From a virus, in the IMG/VR virus record IMGVR_UViG_3300010396_000045, positions 29,590-93,589 of that record: DNA of 64,000 bases. One strand, written 5' to 3'. Shown here one piece after another: positions 54,491-63,829 of this stretch. Each line of letters starts with the position of its first letter. The stretch's first letter is position 1. A program made the translations under genes and the position numbers. The notes under the pieces are model-generated. The model saw only the letters and a list, made by a program, of their open reading frames with translations, made no database searches and had not been told where the DNA came from.

Positions 54491-54921
54491 GACTTGGAAA
54501 ACAGCCTGTGGATAAGATCACTTACGACTGGACCCACGAAATACCAGATGACCGCACCTACGCTCGTGATTATGAGACCATAACCGACTATGCGCTCTCT
54601 AAGCGCCTCTAGCCGCTTGACCGGCTCCTTGAGCTTCTCAAGCTCGGCTACACTATGCTTGACCGATCCCAACTCCTCCGAGATAACCCGCGCCTTGTTA
54701 TCCAGATCATGGAATTGCTTCGTTAGCAGTTCCATCCTGCTGGTGATTACCTGGTCGGACTGGCGTTGCTCGTGCTTGACCGTCCGGATTTCAGAGGACA
54801 GCCGGTCCTCACGACGAAATCCTTCCTCTTTTACTTCCTTGAGGGCTTCTGCCAGACTTCGGACTGTTCCCAGGATTTCGCCGATTTGCTGACGGACTGA
54901 ACCAGCGTCCTCAGGCATCAT
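54487..54921 (-). CDS. Coiled-coil protein with C-terminal TM (holin-like)
   Basis: Architecture and position. Confidence 0.55.
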   Translation of the reverse strand: MMPEDAGSVRQQIGEILGTVRSLAEALKEVKEEGFRREDRLSSEIRTVKHEQRQSDQVITSRMELLTKQFHDLDNKARVISEELGSVKHSVAELEKLKEPVKRLEALRERIVGYGLIITSVGAVIWYFVGPVVSDLIHRLFSKS

Positions 54922-55535
54922 TACTTAACGAGGCGTAAGAGGGACCACCACGAAAATAGGCCCATCAGAAGGCTATTGAAGCCGAATAGCGTATTGGGGT
55001 TTCCAAGCATGACGCCTCCTCCCATCATGGACCAGAAAAGCCCCGACATAGCCAGGCCCGCGTACCGTACTACCCGCCCCCAGAATGTATCTCCGAAGAC
55101 ACAGGTTGCGATGCCAACGACTTTTAGCGCCGCAGCCAGAAGGGCAAACACAGCCCATGACTTCTCATTGCCTTGGATCATCTCAATGAGCCGAAAGGCG
55201 GCTGGGAATGACTCAAAGAGCTGCGGATTGTGCCAGAGAGTAAATGCGGCCCAGATGCTAGCTAGGCTTAGAAACACCTCGATCACCACGATGTCTCTGT
55301 TGGGCAGAGAATATAGCGGCGATCGGTATGCCTCTAGCAGCTCGTTTAGCTGCTCGACCTCTCCTGATAAGCGCTCTAGCTCGTCCGACATATGCTGCAA
55401 TTCGCGCAGCGTGCCAGTGCGGAAACCTATAACCGATTGGTCAGACGGATGGTCCGCAGAGTGCTCCGCGAAATCGGCGTCGTTCAGCTCAATATCTACT
55501 TTACGGCTAGAGGGCGGATTACTCTGGTCGGCCAT
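54921..55535 (-). CDS. Four-TM membrane protein
   Basis: Likely start MADQSN; four hydrophobic helices. Confidence 0.6.
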   Translation of the reverse strand: MADQSNPPSSRKVDIELNDADFAEHSADHPSDQSVIGFRTGTLRELQHMSDELERLSGEVEQLNELLEAYRSPLYSLPNRDIVVIEVFLSLASIWAAFTLWHNPQLFESFPAAFRLIEMIQGNEKSWAVFALLAAALKVVGIATCVFGDTFWGRVVRYAGLAMSGLFWSMMGGGVMLGNPNTLFGFNSLLMGLFSWWSLLRLVK

Positions 55536-55710
55536 CCGGAGCGCCCTGAGCCCGAGCAGCAGCCCAGGTGATCTGGTCACGGAAGCCGCTGGAGAAGGCG
55601 ATGAACTGCTGCGTGTGCTGGAAGTAATCGCACTTCTCCGGCAAGCCATCGCGCGCAGCTATCATGCCCTCGACGTAGGCCTGTCCGATCGTCTCGTCAT
55701 GAGAGGGCAT
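55519..55710 (-). CDS. Hypothetical protein
   Basis: AAGGAG RBS. Confidence 0.45.
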   Translation of the reverse strand: MPSHDETIGQAYVEGMIAARDGLPEKCDYFQHTQQFIAFSSGFRDQITWAAARAQGAPDGRPE

Positions 55711-55713
55711 TGA

Positions 55714-56163
55714 TTACTCCTTCGGAACGCGCCTGACAGTCACCCGGGACTCAGAGGCCGTCACCATATTCACCCCAGGCGCAGCGACACTCGCGGAGAC
55801 CGACGCAACAGGAACGAGGCCCGTGTTGTAGAGCTTGTGCGCTTCCCCGAGGATTATGTGCTGCGCTAGTTCCGCATCTATACCTAACTTATCTGTATAT
55901 TCCGGATAATGTCGCAGTAAGTCCTGAGCCAAGCTCACAAGCACCGGGTCCCCGGCGCTTATTTGGCGGATATCCGGGACGCTCGACAGCAGCATCGCTG
56001 CCTCTCGGGATGCAGAAGCGGCTACCGTCTGATTCATCGCCGCGTTCTCCTTGACGGAGAAATAGCTCCTGAGATAAGCGACAACGAGCGGCGTCGCAGC
56101 TCCGACTATCGTCACGGCAGCGGTTATCAATGCCGTAACGAGCGGCCTTACGTCGTCTAGCAT
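55714..56163 (-). CDS. Putative holin (single N-terminal TM)
   Basis: N-terminal TM followed by helical domain, LL-H-holin-like layout. Confidence 0.5.
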   Translation of the reverse strand: MLDDVRPLVTALITAAVTIVGAATPLVVAYLRSYFSVKENAAMNQTVAASASREAAMLLSSVPDIRQISAGDPVLVSLAQDLLRHYPEYTDKLGIDAELAQHIILGEAHKLYNTGLVPVASVSASVAAPGVNMVTASESRVTVRRVPKE

Positions 56164-56213
56164 CGTTCCACCGCTTTACCAAATAGATCACTTAAGCGTG
56201 TGCAATTTTCTCA

Positions 56214-56230
56214 CTATGCAAAGTGCAAAG
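56214..56230. promoter_or_regulatory. 17-bp operator copy CTATGCA-AAG-TGCAAAG
   Basis: In divergent region upstream of the XRE regulator operon; extra half-site at 56237. Confidence 0.65.
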
Positions 56231-56238
56231 AGTGCGCT

Positions 56239-56484
56239 ATGCATACCGATGTAATCTCGTTCCCCCGAGATTTGCTCAAGACTGGCAGGGCAGCGTTGAC
56301 CGCGTTGCTCTGCCGCTTTTTCCGGGTGCTAAGTGGAATGGATGGATTTTTCGTAAGAGAGGCAGGACTCTCTTGCCCCCATGATGGGAATGGGCTTTCA
56401 GCAGCGCGTGGCATCATATTAGGAATTGCCTTGGGCGGCGCCCTCTGGACAATCATAGGCGTCGCGCTCTGGGCTATCCTCTAG
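56239..56484 (+). CDS. Small membrane protein
   Basis: C-terminal TM; start uncertain. Confidence 0.4.
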   Translation: MHTDVISFPRDLLKTGRAALTALLCRFFRVLSGMDGFFVREAGLSCPHDGNGLSAARGIILGIALGGALWTIIGVALWAIL

Positions 56485-56496
56485 GAGGGAGAACAG

Positions 56497-56841
56497 ATGT
56501 CAGATCGGAACAGCCTTGGCACTATCCTGAAGGAAAGGAAGGTCAAGATTAATGATCTCGCCTCGGCTGTAGGAGTCACACCAGCCGCCGTCTATAACTG
56601 GACGCGAGGCGTTATGCCGAGCAAAGCGAACCGCACGAAGGTAGCTCATTATCTCGAAATAGAGCCGAGCGAGCTGTCGTTCGATCCACCTATGACGGAG
56701 AGTAACGGCGGAGGAATTTACGTCACGGTCCGAGGAGACGGACTAAACCTCGAAATGGTGGTCTCAAAGAGTACCGCTCGAAGCCTCCTCAATCTGCTCC
56801 TGAACGGTGAGCCCGACCCTAGGCGGCATCCCACGGATTAG
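56497..56841 (+). CDS. XRE/Cro-CI family HTH regulator
   Basis: DLASAVGVTPAAVYNWTRG..P; AGGAGG RBS. Confidence 0.85.
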   Translation: MSDRNSLGTILKERKVKINDLASAVGVTPAAVYNWTRGVMPSKANRTKVAHYLEIEPSELSFDPPMTESNGGGIYVTVRGDGLNLEMVVSKSTARSLLNLLLNGEPDPRRHPTD

Positions 56842-57066
56842 GTTGGTCTTCACCGACCAGATATTTCCCTTCGACGAAACCAGCATCGGACCTGTCGGCA
56901 CCCAGGCTTTGACCTGAGGATAACCGCGCGAATGCCACCAGGCCTCGATCTCAAGCGCCAACTCCTTAGCGCCACGCTCCGACGATAGCTCGCGCGGGAT
57001 GCCCTCGACCGGCCTAATGCGCGTCGTATGCTTATCCGGCTGGTAGAAGTAGTAGAGATCAGCCAT
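56764..57066 (-). CDS. Hypothetical protein
   Basis: IEAWWHSRGY..SVKTNLIRGMPP. Confidence 0.55.
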   Translation of the reverse strand: MADLYYFYQPDKHTTRIRPVEGIPRELSSERGAKELALEIEAWWHSRGYPQVKAWVPTGPMLVSSKGNIWSVKTNLIRGMPPRVGLTVQEQIEEASSGTL

Positions 57067-57153
57067 CTCAGGAATAACTCGGTGCGTTTTTCCTATTGCC
57101 CAGGCATGGCCTGTTGCTCTAAGCGCCTAGCCGATTAGCGGGGAAATGGAACG

Positions 57154-57387
57154 ATGGCTCGCCGTAATAGGGCTGTGGCGGAGCTTGTCAGCCTGTGGTG
57201 CCCTATACAGGCAGAACTGGTCCCGGAAGACGACGAACGCGCTAGGCTTACCGGAATTATCCGAGAGGCTATGGAGGCGCTCCCCATCCCCCGCAATGAT
57301 CTAGAGGCTAGGCGCTATATGGCAGCTATCAGGCTCGCCGTGCTGGCGACGCTCGGGATTGAGCCGTTGCTGGGGATTACCTGCTAG
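57154..57387 (+). CDS. Hypothetical protein
   Basis: ORF track. Confidence 0.4.
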   Translation: MARRNRAVAELVSLWCPIQAELVPEDDERARLTGIIREAMEALPIPRNDLEARRYMAAIRLAVLATLGIEPLLGITC

Positions 57388-57553
57388 CGGCTTGGTTTTC
57401 TAATCGCTTTTCGCAGTATTCTAGCCCGTCGCCAGGAGACGAAAGCGGAGAGTATATTCGCCACGAGGAACGGAGATATTACGAATAGGAGGCCTTCAAT
57501 AGCTAGCCGAAGGTCGATATGTGTCCAGAAACCTATAACGGACTGGTTCGGCA

Positions 57554-58792
57554 TTACCTGTTAGGCCTTACAAGCCGCTCCCAAACGCCAAGACCGCCCC
57601 GTTTCATAATAAGGCCGTCTAGGCTATATCTGACCGCATCTACTGAGTGATCGTGTTTATCAACGATTATCGGGAGAACCTCTTTGGTATGAGGATCTAC
57701 CTTATAGGAATAAAGCCGGAAATCCCTGGCCGTGTGCGGACAGTGGCGTTCGTGCACTACAACGCGCCGAAATCCCTTGATGTGGGCCAGGCCATCTTCA
57801 ACCGACCCCTGCCATTTTTCCGCCGGCGAAACGGTAAATCCTTGTCTCACTAAGTAGCTGATCGTCTCTGGTCTGGCGTTGTCCGCTTTGATCGGCCACA
57901 TGCGGACGTCAGGCATCTTCTTATCAAAGAAGTCCGCCATCTCGTCGATTTCGAGGTTGTAAGCGTAGGCTTCTCGATCAATCATCAGGTCTTCGCCATG
58001 GCCTTCGGCGCTTGGCTTCACCCAACACCGGACAAGAGCCGTAGGGTCGACCGAAAACCCAAAATCGAGACCTAGATAAAACCGCGTCTTGAGCGGCGCT
58101 TCCTCGAAATTCTCGACGTGCAGCTTGCCACGGAAAATCATGGCCTCGCTGATGCGCCTAGTCTCGCCGCCCCAAACGTGCTCATAAGCTTCTGGGTCGG
58201 TCTCCAGCATGTACCGACGCTCAGCGTCCAGCTCAGGCGAGAACCAAGGATTGTCCTCCCAGCCTATCTTGCAGACGATTGCGTTTGGTGGAGGATTGAG
58301 GACGAACCGCTTATAGGTGGGATCCTCGTCCGACATGGGGTTGAAGCTAAGCCAGATTTCGCTGCCTGGCGTGCGGATCGTGGGGATAAGCGTCTGCCAG
58401 CTTTCCTCAGAAACGCTCTGTGCCTCCTCGATCCAGCATATATCGGCAGCTTCGGTCGACCGGATGCCTTGGATGTTCTGCTTCAGACCCTTGAAGATAA
58501 ACTCACTTCCGGTGACTTTGGAGTAGATCGAGTTCTGCGTTACGCCGAAGCTATCGGCCAGCCCCATTGCGTTAATGCGGTCCTTGAGTAACCTGTGGAC
58601 CGAATCAGCCATAGATGCCTGGAACTCACGAGCGCATAGGACGCGTTTTTTCTGCGTATGAGTGATGGCAATCAGCGCATGAGCTATTGCCCAGGACTTC
58701 GATCCGCCGCGCCCACCATACAGAACCGCATACCGCTTGGGCTTAAAGAGGAAGTCCAGCTTGCGCGGGATGTCCAGTAGGATGTCCGACAT
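57554..58792 (-). CDS. terL: Terminase large subunit (PBSX family)
   Basis: Walker A YGGRGGSKS, Walker B WIEEA, SFNP, GLDFGF, DHSVDAVRY. Confidence 0.95.
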   Translation of the reverse strand: MSDILLDIPRKLDFLFKPKRYAVLYGGRGGSKSWAIAHALIAITHTQKKRVLCAREFQASMADSVHRLLKDRINAMGLADSFGVTQNSIYSKVTGSEFIFKGLKQNIQGIRSTEAADICWIEEAQSVSEESWQTLIPTIRTPGSEIWLSFNPMSDEDPTYKRFVLNPPPNAIVCKIGWEDNPWFSPELDAERRYMLETDPEAYEHVWGGETRRISEAMIFRGKLHVENFEEAPLKTRFYLGLDFGFSVDPTALVRCWVKPSAEGHGEDLMIDREAYAYNLEIDEMADFFDKKMPDVRMWPIKADNARPETISYLVRQGFTVSPAEKWQGSVEDGLAHIKGFRRVVVHERHCPHTARDFRLYSYKVDPHTKEVLPIIVDKHDHSVDAVRYSLDGLIMKRGGLGVWERLVRPNR

Positions 58793-59660
58793 TCTTACGC
58801 CTCTTACGCGGCGCCCATTTACGTTGACGGACCGTCTTGTCCCGTATTGAGGCGTAGCTGGGAATTCCCAGCCTCCTGCGCATTATAGCTACTCCAGGCC
58901 TAGAAAAGCCCGAGAGGACAGCGAAGTCGGCGTCCGTCATTTTACCAAGCTGCGCCAGAATCTCAGGCGCAACAGGCCTTAGCCGCAGGGAATTTCCTTT
59001 CTTTGCCTTGCCGTCTTGACCAGTCGTTATGGCACAAGGAAGGATGCCTAGAGAGCGACGATGCTTAGCAATAACGAACTTGCTTATCCCGAGAGACGCA
59101 GCGATTAGGTAGTCCGGCTCTTTTCCTAGCCTAGCGACTGTCTCCTCGGAGAGGTAAATCGTAGATGCTGGAACTGCCTGCACGCCGTATTTCGGAATAC
59201 CCAAAACTTCGCGTCGATATGCGACGGTCTGCCGATTACATCCGACGATCTTCGCAAGGTTCTCGTCCGACATCGTCCCAAGCAATGCCGTTAATTCGGG
59301 AGTCCAAGGCACCCGACCGATTCCCGGATTTCCTCCGCCACCAGGAGACAGGTTTAGTAGATCAAACCGGACACCCAGCAAGCGTATCCACTCGCGCTCT
59401 ACGAAGCAGGATGCCGCCACAGAGCACTGCTCAAGCTGAACAATCTCAGGCGCCCTCACGTCCGCAAGGATCCCATTAAGCCATAGATGCTTGGGAGTGC
59501 TCGGGCGCTTAGTAGCCTCACGTCGGTGAGAGTGTTGTCGCCTAGCGAGGTCCTGGCTCGTCTTGCCTACATAAACTGGCTTGCCGGTGTCCGGACAAAC
59601 CCATGCGTAAATAATCACTCGACGGGGAGGATCTGCCGTCTTACCCTTCTTTGCAGCCAT
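58743..59660 (-). CDS. GIY-YIG-like homing endonuclease between terS and terL
   Basis: IIYAWVCP..VYVGKT..RRQHSH; repeated HTH modules LGxxxD..A..G.S..V...RRxLGI. Confidence 0.7.
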   Translation of the reverse strand: MAAKKGKTADPPRRVIIYAWVCPDTGKPVYVGKTSQDLARRQHSHRREATKRPSTPKHLWLNGILADVRAPEIVQLEQCSVAASCFVEREWIRLLGVRFDLLNLSPGGGGNPGIGRVPWTPELTALLGTMSDENLAKIVGCNRQTVAYRREVLGIPKYGVQAVPASTIYLSEETVARLGKEPDYLIAASLGISKFVIAKHRRSLGILPCAITTGQDGKAKKGNSLRLRPVAPEILAQLGKMTDADFAVLSGFSRPGVAIMRRRLGIPSYASIRDKTVRQRKWAPRKRRKNVGHPTGHPAQAGLPL

Positions 59661-59734
59661 GTTCTCCCGCTCATCCCGGGGTTATGGTCAGAGGTCAGCT
59701 AGGCGTCGGAAGCGCCTACTGGCCTCGATTTGTT

Positions 59735-60169
59735 CTACTCCGTTTCTTGCGATCGTTCCAGCGCTTCGTGGCCGGTCGCATCGACAAATCGCACAGTTAG
59801 AGACGGCGGAATGACTGGTGGTGCATCTGGCATAGCGCCGAGCAACTGACGGCTGGCGAACTCAGGCCCGCCCAGGCGTTCTAGGAGCCACGTGCACGCG
59901 CGGATATTGCCATTCTGAGCAGCCTTGACGACCTGAGCCTTGAGCGAAGCTACGAGGTTCTCGCGCCCCATCTCTAGCTCTTCGGTGAACGCCTTGCGGA
60001 GCGTCTTTTCGTCGATCCCGCCTTCAGCGACGTTCTTGGCGATCGTCTTGATGGGAACCTGCATGCCGACCAGGACTTGTACCAGCTTTCGCTGTTCCCG
60101 CGTCGGCTCGAATTTCGGACGCCCCTTCCCCCGCTTTTCTTCGTCCTCGCGGAGTGGATGCACGCTCAT
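59735..60169 (-). CDS. terS: Terminase small subunit
   Basis: GRPKFEPT..TLRKAFTEEL..TWLLERLG; upstream of terL. Confidence 0.75.
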   Translation of the reverse strand: MSVHPLREDEEKRGKGRPKFEPTREQRKLVQVLVGMQVPIKTIAKNVAEGGIDEKTLRKAFTEELEMGRENLVASLKAQVVKAAQNGNIRACTWLLERLGGPEFASRQLLGAMPDAPPVIPPSLTVRFVDATGHEALERSQETE

Positions 60170-60236
60170 AATCAGGCAGTCCCTAGGGTGGAGAAAATCC
60201 TGCCGAGCTATTCGACAGTAAGGAGACAGGAAATAA

Positions 60237-60578
60237 TCAGGGAATTTCGTGTCCGGAACTCGCGGCGTAACGCTCAGCCTCCGCTAGGAGGTCTAGGCTA
60301 TATTTCCGCTCGAATGTCCGGCGTCCGTGGTTATGGTATTCTCTGTGGTGCTCTACGCAGCATGGGACGGCGTAGCGGTCGTTTGGCTTCAGTCCTGTTC
60401 CTGAGTTGGCCGCTGTCCGGACGTGGTGCGCTTCTATCGGAGCCTTGCGGCAGTCAGGCACGACGCACGGAAGCGTGCGGAGCCAGGATAGATGGCGAGC
60501 CGACATGCTGGTGCAGCATCCTAGGTGTGCTGGGCCAGCATCGCTTTTCTGCTGGCTGGACGAGGGAGACCATGGCAA
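60237..60578 (-). CDS. DUF968/HNH-like nuclease upstream of terminase
   Basis: HLSWLRTLPCVV..EAHHVR..AVPCCVEHHREYH; start uncertain. Confidence 0.7.
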   Translation of the reverse strand: MPWSPSSSQQKSDAGPAHLGCCTSMSARHLSWLRTLPCVVPDCRKAPIEAHHVRTAANSGTGLKPNDRYAVPCCVEHHREYHNHGRRTFERKYSLDLLAEAERYAASSGHEIP

Positions 60579-60620
60579 CGTCTGTCTCGTCAGACAGACA
60601 CTTTCGAGGAGAGCATCCCG

Positions 60621-61172
60621 ATGTCAGCTACCACTACCGTTATCGTCCCGCTCGCCATAAAGGCGCTCAGCAACGACCAGTTGCTCGCTCTGTACAACCG
60701 CTGGGGCACGAAGCCCTGCAAGAAATTCGAGAAGCGCTCGTGCGCCGAGCAGCGCGTTACCAAGCTACTGGCCGACCTGGAGATGAGCGTCGAGGACGCC
60801 GTAGCGCCGCCTTCTGATGGCTACGGCGGTGAAGGCTGGGACGTAGCGTTCCCCGCGCCGCAGGAAGCCGCTAGCGAGCCTGAGGTTGTCGAGGTAGTCA
60901 AACCCGAGCAGGTCGTAGCAGAGGCGCCAGTCGCGCCCGTAGAGCCGGAGACTAAGCCCTCGCGTAAGCGCGGGGAGTTAGGCAAGACGGCTCAGGCTAT
61001 CTTCGACCTCGCCTCGCGTGAGACTGGTGCGTCGGCTAAGGAACTGATGGCGGCTACTGGCTGGAAAGCAGGCCCGTCCTGGCCGAACCAGTTCAGCCGA
61101 TTGTCGCTTCGGACTGGGACGCGCTTTCACCAGCAGAAGGTGAACGGCGAGATGCGGTACTATCTCAGCTAG
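60621..61172 (+). CDS. DUF3489-like winged-helix protein
   Basis: GASAKELMAATGW..RYY; GAGGAG RBS. Confidence 0.55.
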   Translation: MSATTTVIVPLAIKALSNDQLLALYNRWGTKPCKKFEKRSCAEQRVTKLLADLEMSVEDAVAPPSDGYGGEGWDVAFPAPQEAASEPEVVEVVKPEQVVAEAPVAPVEPETKPSRKRGELGKTAQAIFDLASRETGASAKELMAATGWKAGPSWPNQFSRLSLRTGTRFHQQKVNGEMRYYLS

Positions 61173-62457
61173 CCAACTCTAGAGGATTGGAGGCTGGTGG
61201 CGGCTCGGACAAGCGTTCAGCCGCCACTTCTTCGTACGTCTGGCCTGTGGACTCTAGTGTCGCCTGTTTTCCGGTGAAATTCCGCCAGCGCTCAACAGCT
61301 ACGTCGCAATATTCTGGGGCAATTTCCAAGGCGTGGCAGGAGCGGGCCGTCATCTCGGCGGCGATAATAGTCGTACCCGATCCCGAGAACGGATCGTATA
61401 TAGCATGACCTGGGGAAGAATTATTCTCAATAGGGCGCCGCATGCACTCCACAGGCTTCTGCGTTGAGTGGCCCGTTTCGTTATGAAGCGGCTTATCGAT
61501 CTGCCACAAAGTGTGCTGTTTGCGGTCACCCTGCCAATGCCCAGTCGAGCCCCGGCGAACGAGGTAAAAGCAAGGCTCATGCTGAACGTGATAATGCCCG
61601 CGCCCAATTACGGATTGATGCTTGGCCCATATTATTTGGGCGCGCACCTCGAATCCACAATTCGCAAATGCTTGCTGCGTTTCAGCACTATGCACGCCCG
61701 CGTGCCAAACGTAGACTACTTCACCGGGGAAAAGCGACCAAGCATCAGTCCAGTCGGCTCGTTCGTCATTCTCAACCCGACCGTGCGAGCCATTGACCGT
61801 ATTCTTTTCTGGCATAGCATTCAGCCGCCAGCGGGCATCATAGTCCACCCCATAAGGCGGGTCCGTCACCATGAGGTGCGGCTGCACGCCGTTGAGCGCC
61901 AGGGCTACGTCAGAAGCGTCTGTAGCGTCGCCGCAGACTAAGCGGTGCCGACCAAGTATCCATACGTCACCACGCCGCGACACAGGCGTCTGTGGCGGGT
62001 CTGGCGCTTCGTCTGGGTCAGTAAGTCCAGCGGGCGGCTCAGTGAGCAGATCGGCCAGCTCGGTATCGGAAAAGCCGGTGAGGGATAGATTAAAATCTAG
62101 ATCCCGCAATTCCGACAATTCGGCTCGCAGGATATCGTCCGCCCATCCCCCATTAATCGTGAGCTTATTATCAGCGATAATATACGCGCGCTTCTGCTTC
62201 TTGCTCCAGCCCGCCGCCACCATAACGGGGACTTCGGTGAGGCCGACTTTCTTCGCGGCTTCGGCGCGAGCGTGGCCGGCAATAATGCCGCCTTCCTCAT
62301 CGACCAGGATAGGCATCGTCCAGCCCCACTCGCGGATGCTGGCAGCGATTTGGTCAATCTGGTCTGGAGAATGAGTGCGTGCGTTTTTTTCGTATGGTGT
62401 CAGGCGGGAAATGGGCCAACGCTCGACCTTGTCCGCCGGCCAGGAAGTCTCAGCCAT
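61165..62457 (-). CDS. ParB/Srx-like domain + N6/N4 DNA methyltransferase
   Basis: NARTH..IIAGHAR..ADN; DPPY; HSTQKP; DPFSGSGTT. Confidence 0.92.
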   Translation of the reverse strand: MAETSWPADKVERWPISRLTPYEKNARTHSPDQIDQIAASIREWGWTMPILVDEEGGIIAGHARAEAAKKVGLTEVPVMVAAGWSKKQKRAYIIADNKLTINGGWADDILRAELSELRDLDFNLSLTGFSDTELADLLTEPPAGLTDPDEAPDPPQTPVSRRGDVWILGRHRLVCGDATDASDVALALNGVQPHLMVTDPPYGVDYDARWRLNAMPEKNTVNGSHGRVENDERADWTDAWSLFPGEVVYVWHAGVHSAETQQAFANCGFEVRAQIIWAKHQSVIGRGHYHVQHEPCFYLVRRGSTGHWQGDRKQHTLWQIDKPLHNETGHSTQKPVECMRRPIENNSSPGHAIYDPFSGSGTTIIAAEMTARSCHALEIAPEYCDVAVERWRNFTGKQATLESTGQTYEEVAAERLSEPPPASNPLELAS

Positions 62458-62489
62458 AGCACCCCACTAGGGGCGCTTGATCACCCCGC

Positions 62490-63152
62490 CTAAGTCAGTC
62501 CTGCGTTTTTCCTGTAGCGCTGCTGGCGTAGCCAGTCGGCTAGATGCTGGTCGATCGGCTCCTTGCCGCTCGCCATCTTCCGCACACGTGAGAGGTCACG
62601 ACCGGCCTTCGAGGCGATAGTGCCCCATCCCCAGCCGAGAGCGTTCTTGATCTCGTGCAACTCGCTCGGAGTCATCGCTGCTTCACCTCCGGAAGCAGCT
62701 AGCACCCTCTCTCGTCGATCGTCGGGCCATTCGCCAACGCCGGTAGAGCGCTTCTTTATGACATCCAGGCGCTCGCAGTACCAGCACATCTGATTGGCGT
62801 AAGCGTCAGGATCCAGCCTTGAGGCCATGATGGTCTCGGTAGACCGCTCTTCGTAATCTCCGCAGGAGCAGCGAACTACCCAGAGATATTTGACCCCAGC
62901 TAGTTTTCCATCTTCCCAGAATTTTCGCTGGTGCCGGTATTTCATGACCGTAAGGCGACCGAGCTTTGCGCCAGTTAGATCCGGAACATTCCCCGGCTGC
63001 GGGCGGCAGTCGTTAGGGGGAGCCGTCCAATGCGCCCGGTCGGCTGGAAGCTCGTCTGCTGGCGTCCAGTGCTCGCCACGCGCCGTGACGCGCCCAGCGG
63101 TCTTATTGGCCGGGACAGAGGCTATGACCCGTCTGTAGCGGTCGTCAGACAT
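62490..63152 (-). CDS. Hypothetical Zn-binding protein in frame with C-terminal HTH (possible internal start 62675)
   Basis: GRLTV..WVVRCSCG; MTPSEL..LGW.. HTH preceded by GGAGG. Confidence 0.55.
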   Translation of the reverse strand: MSDDRYRRVIASVPANKTAGRVTARGEHWTPADELPADRAHWTAPPNDCRPQPGNVPDLTGAKLGRLTVMKYRHQRKFWEDGKLAGVKYLWVVRCSCGDYEERSTETIMASRLDPDAYANQMCWYCERLDVIKKRSTGVGEWPDDRRERVLAASGGEAAMTPSELHEIKNALGWGWGTIASKAGRDLSRVRKMASGKEPIDQHLADWLRQQRYRKNAGLT

Positions 63153-63224
63153 CCTGCCCCTATAGGGCAGACAGACGCGAGCCGATAGTCTGGATTCTGC
63201 TACAGAGAATATAGGATCAGCGTC

Positions 63225-63452
63225 CTATTTCTTCAGCGCCCACGGAACCTCGCCGTCCCGCTCCAGGATCTCCTCCGCGTCATCGCAGAACGAGGATATC
63301 GGATGCATCTCCTCACGCGCCTGCTGGATCACGAGCGCAGCGTCGGTCGCCGACAAGAACGTCATCGTCGCGGTAGAGAGGAACAGGTTGTGGAGTCTGG
63401 AGGCGGCTTGGAGAGCGTTGGCGAAGCCCTGGTTGATGTTGGGTTCCGGCAT
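63225..63452 (-). CDS. Hypothetical protein
   Basis: TAATG coupling, start MPEPN. Confidence 0.5.
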   Translation of the reverse strand: MPEPNINQGFANALQAASRLHNLFLSTATMTFLSATDAALVIQQAREEMHPISSFCDDAEEILERDGEVPWALKK

Positions 63453-63790
63453 TATGCCGCCGCTTCGAGAGCGGCAGCGTAGCGTGGCATCCACCCGTTC
63501 TTCAGCACTCGCGCCTTCGGGTCCAGATTCCGACGTATCCCGAGTATGTCGTGGACGAAATAGGAAGCTGGCGCGTCGCGTAGCTGGCATAGCCGCAATG
63601 GACAGCAGAAGGCGTGACACGATGCAAGGTCAAAGAACACTTCTGTGAGCAAAGATACTTCAGATGTGTTCCTTTTCGCACGCTCGCGCACGTTGTCTTC
63701 GTCTCGGTACACCTCAACCGCCAATTCGGCGATATCGTGGATTACATAGAGTTCACGAAGCGGGATTTGCGCGAACGATTCTATCTTCAC
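63452..63790 (-). CDS. Hypothetical protein
   Basis: GAGGAG RBS before GTG at 63790. Confidence 0.5.
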   Translation of the reverse strand: MKIESFAQIPLRELYVIHDIAELAVEVYRDEDNVRERAKRNTSEVSLLTEVFFDLASCHAFCCPLRLCQLRDAPASYFVHDILGIRRNLDPKARVLKNGWMPRYAAALEAAA

Positions 63791-63812
63791 CGGGATGCTC
63801 TCCTCGATCCTA

Positions 63813-63829
63813 CTGTGCGGAATGCATAG
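63813..63829. promoter_or_regulatory. 17-bp operator copy CTGTGCG-GAA-TGCATAG
   Basis: Upstream of 63790 gene; weaker second site at 63837-63853. Confidence 0.5.

Noticed and set aside
41770-58792. Further introns or inteins in capsid, portal or terminase
   Set aside because: ORFs are continuous, of normal size, with no group I core or intein motifs noticed
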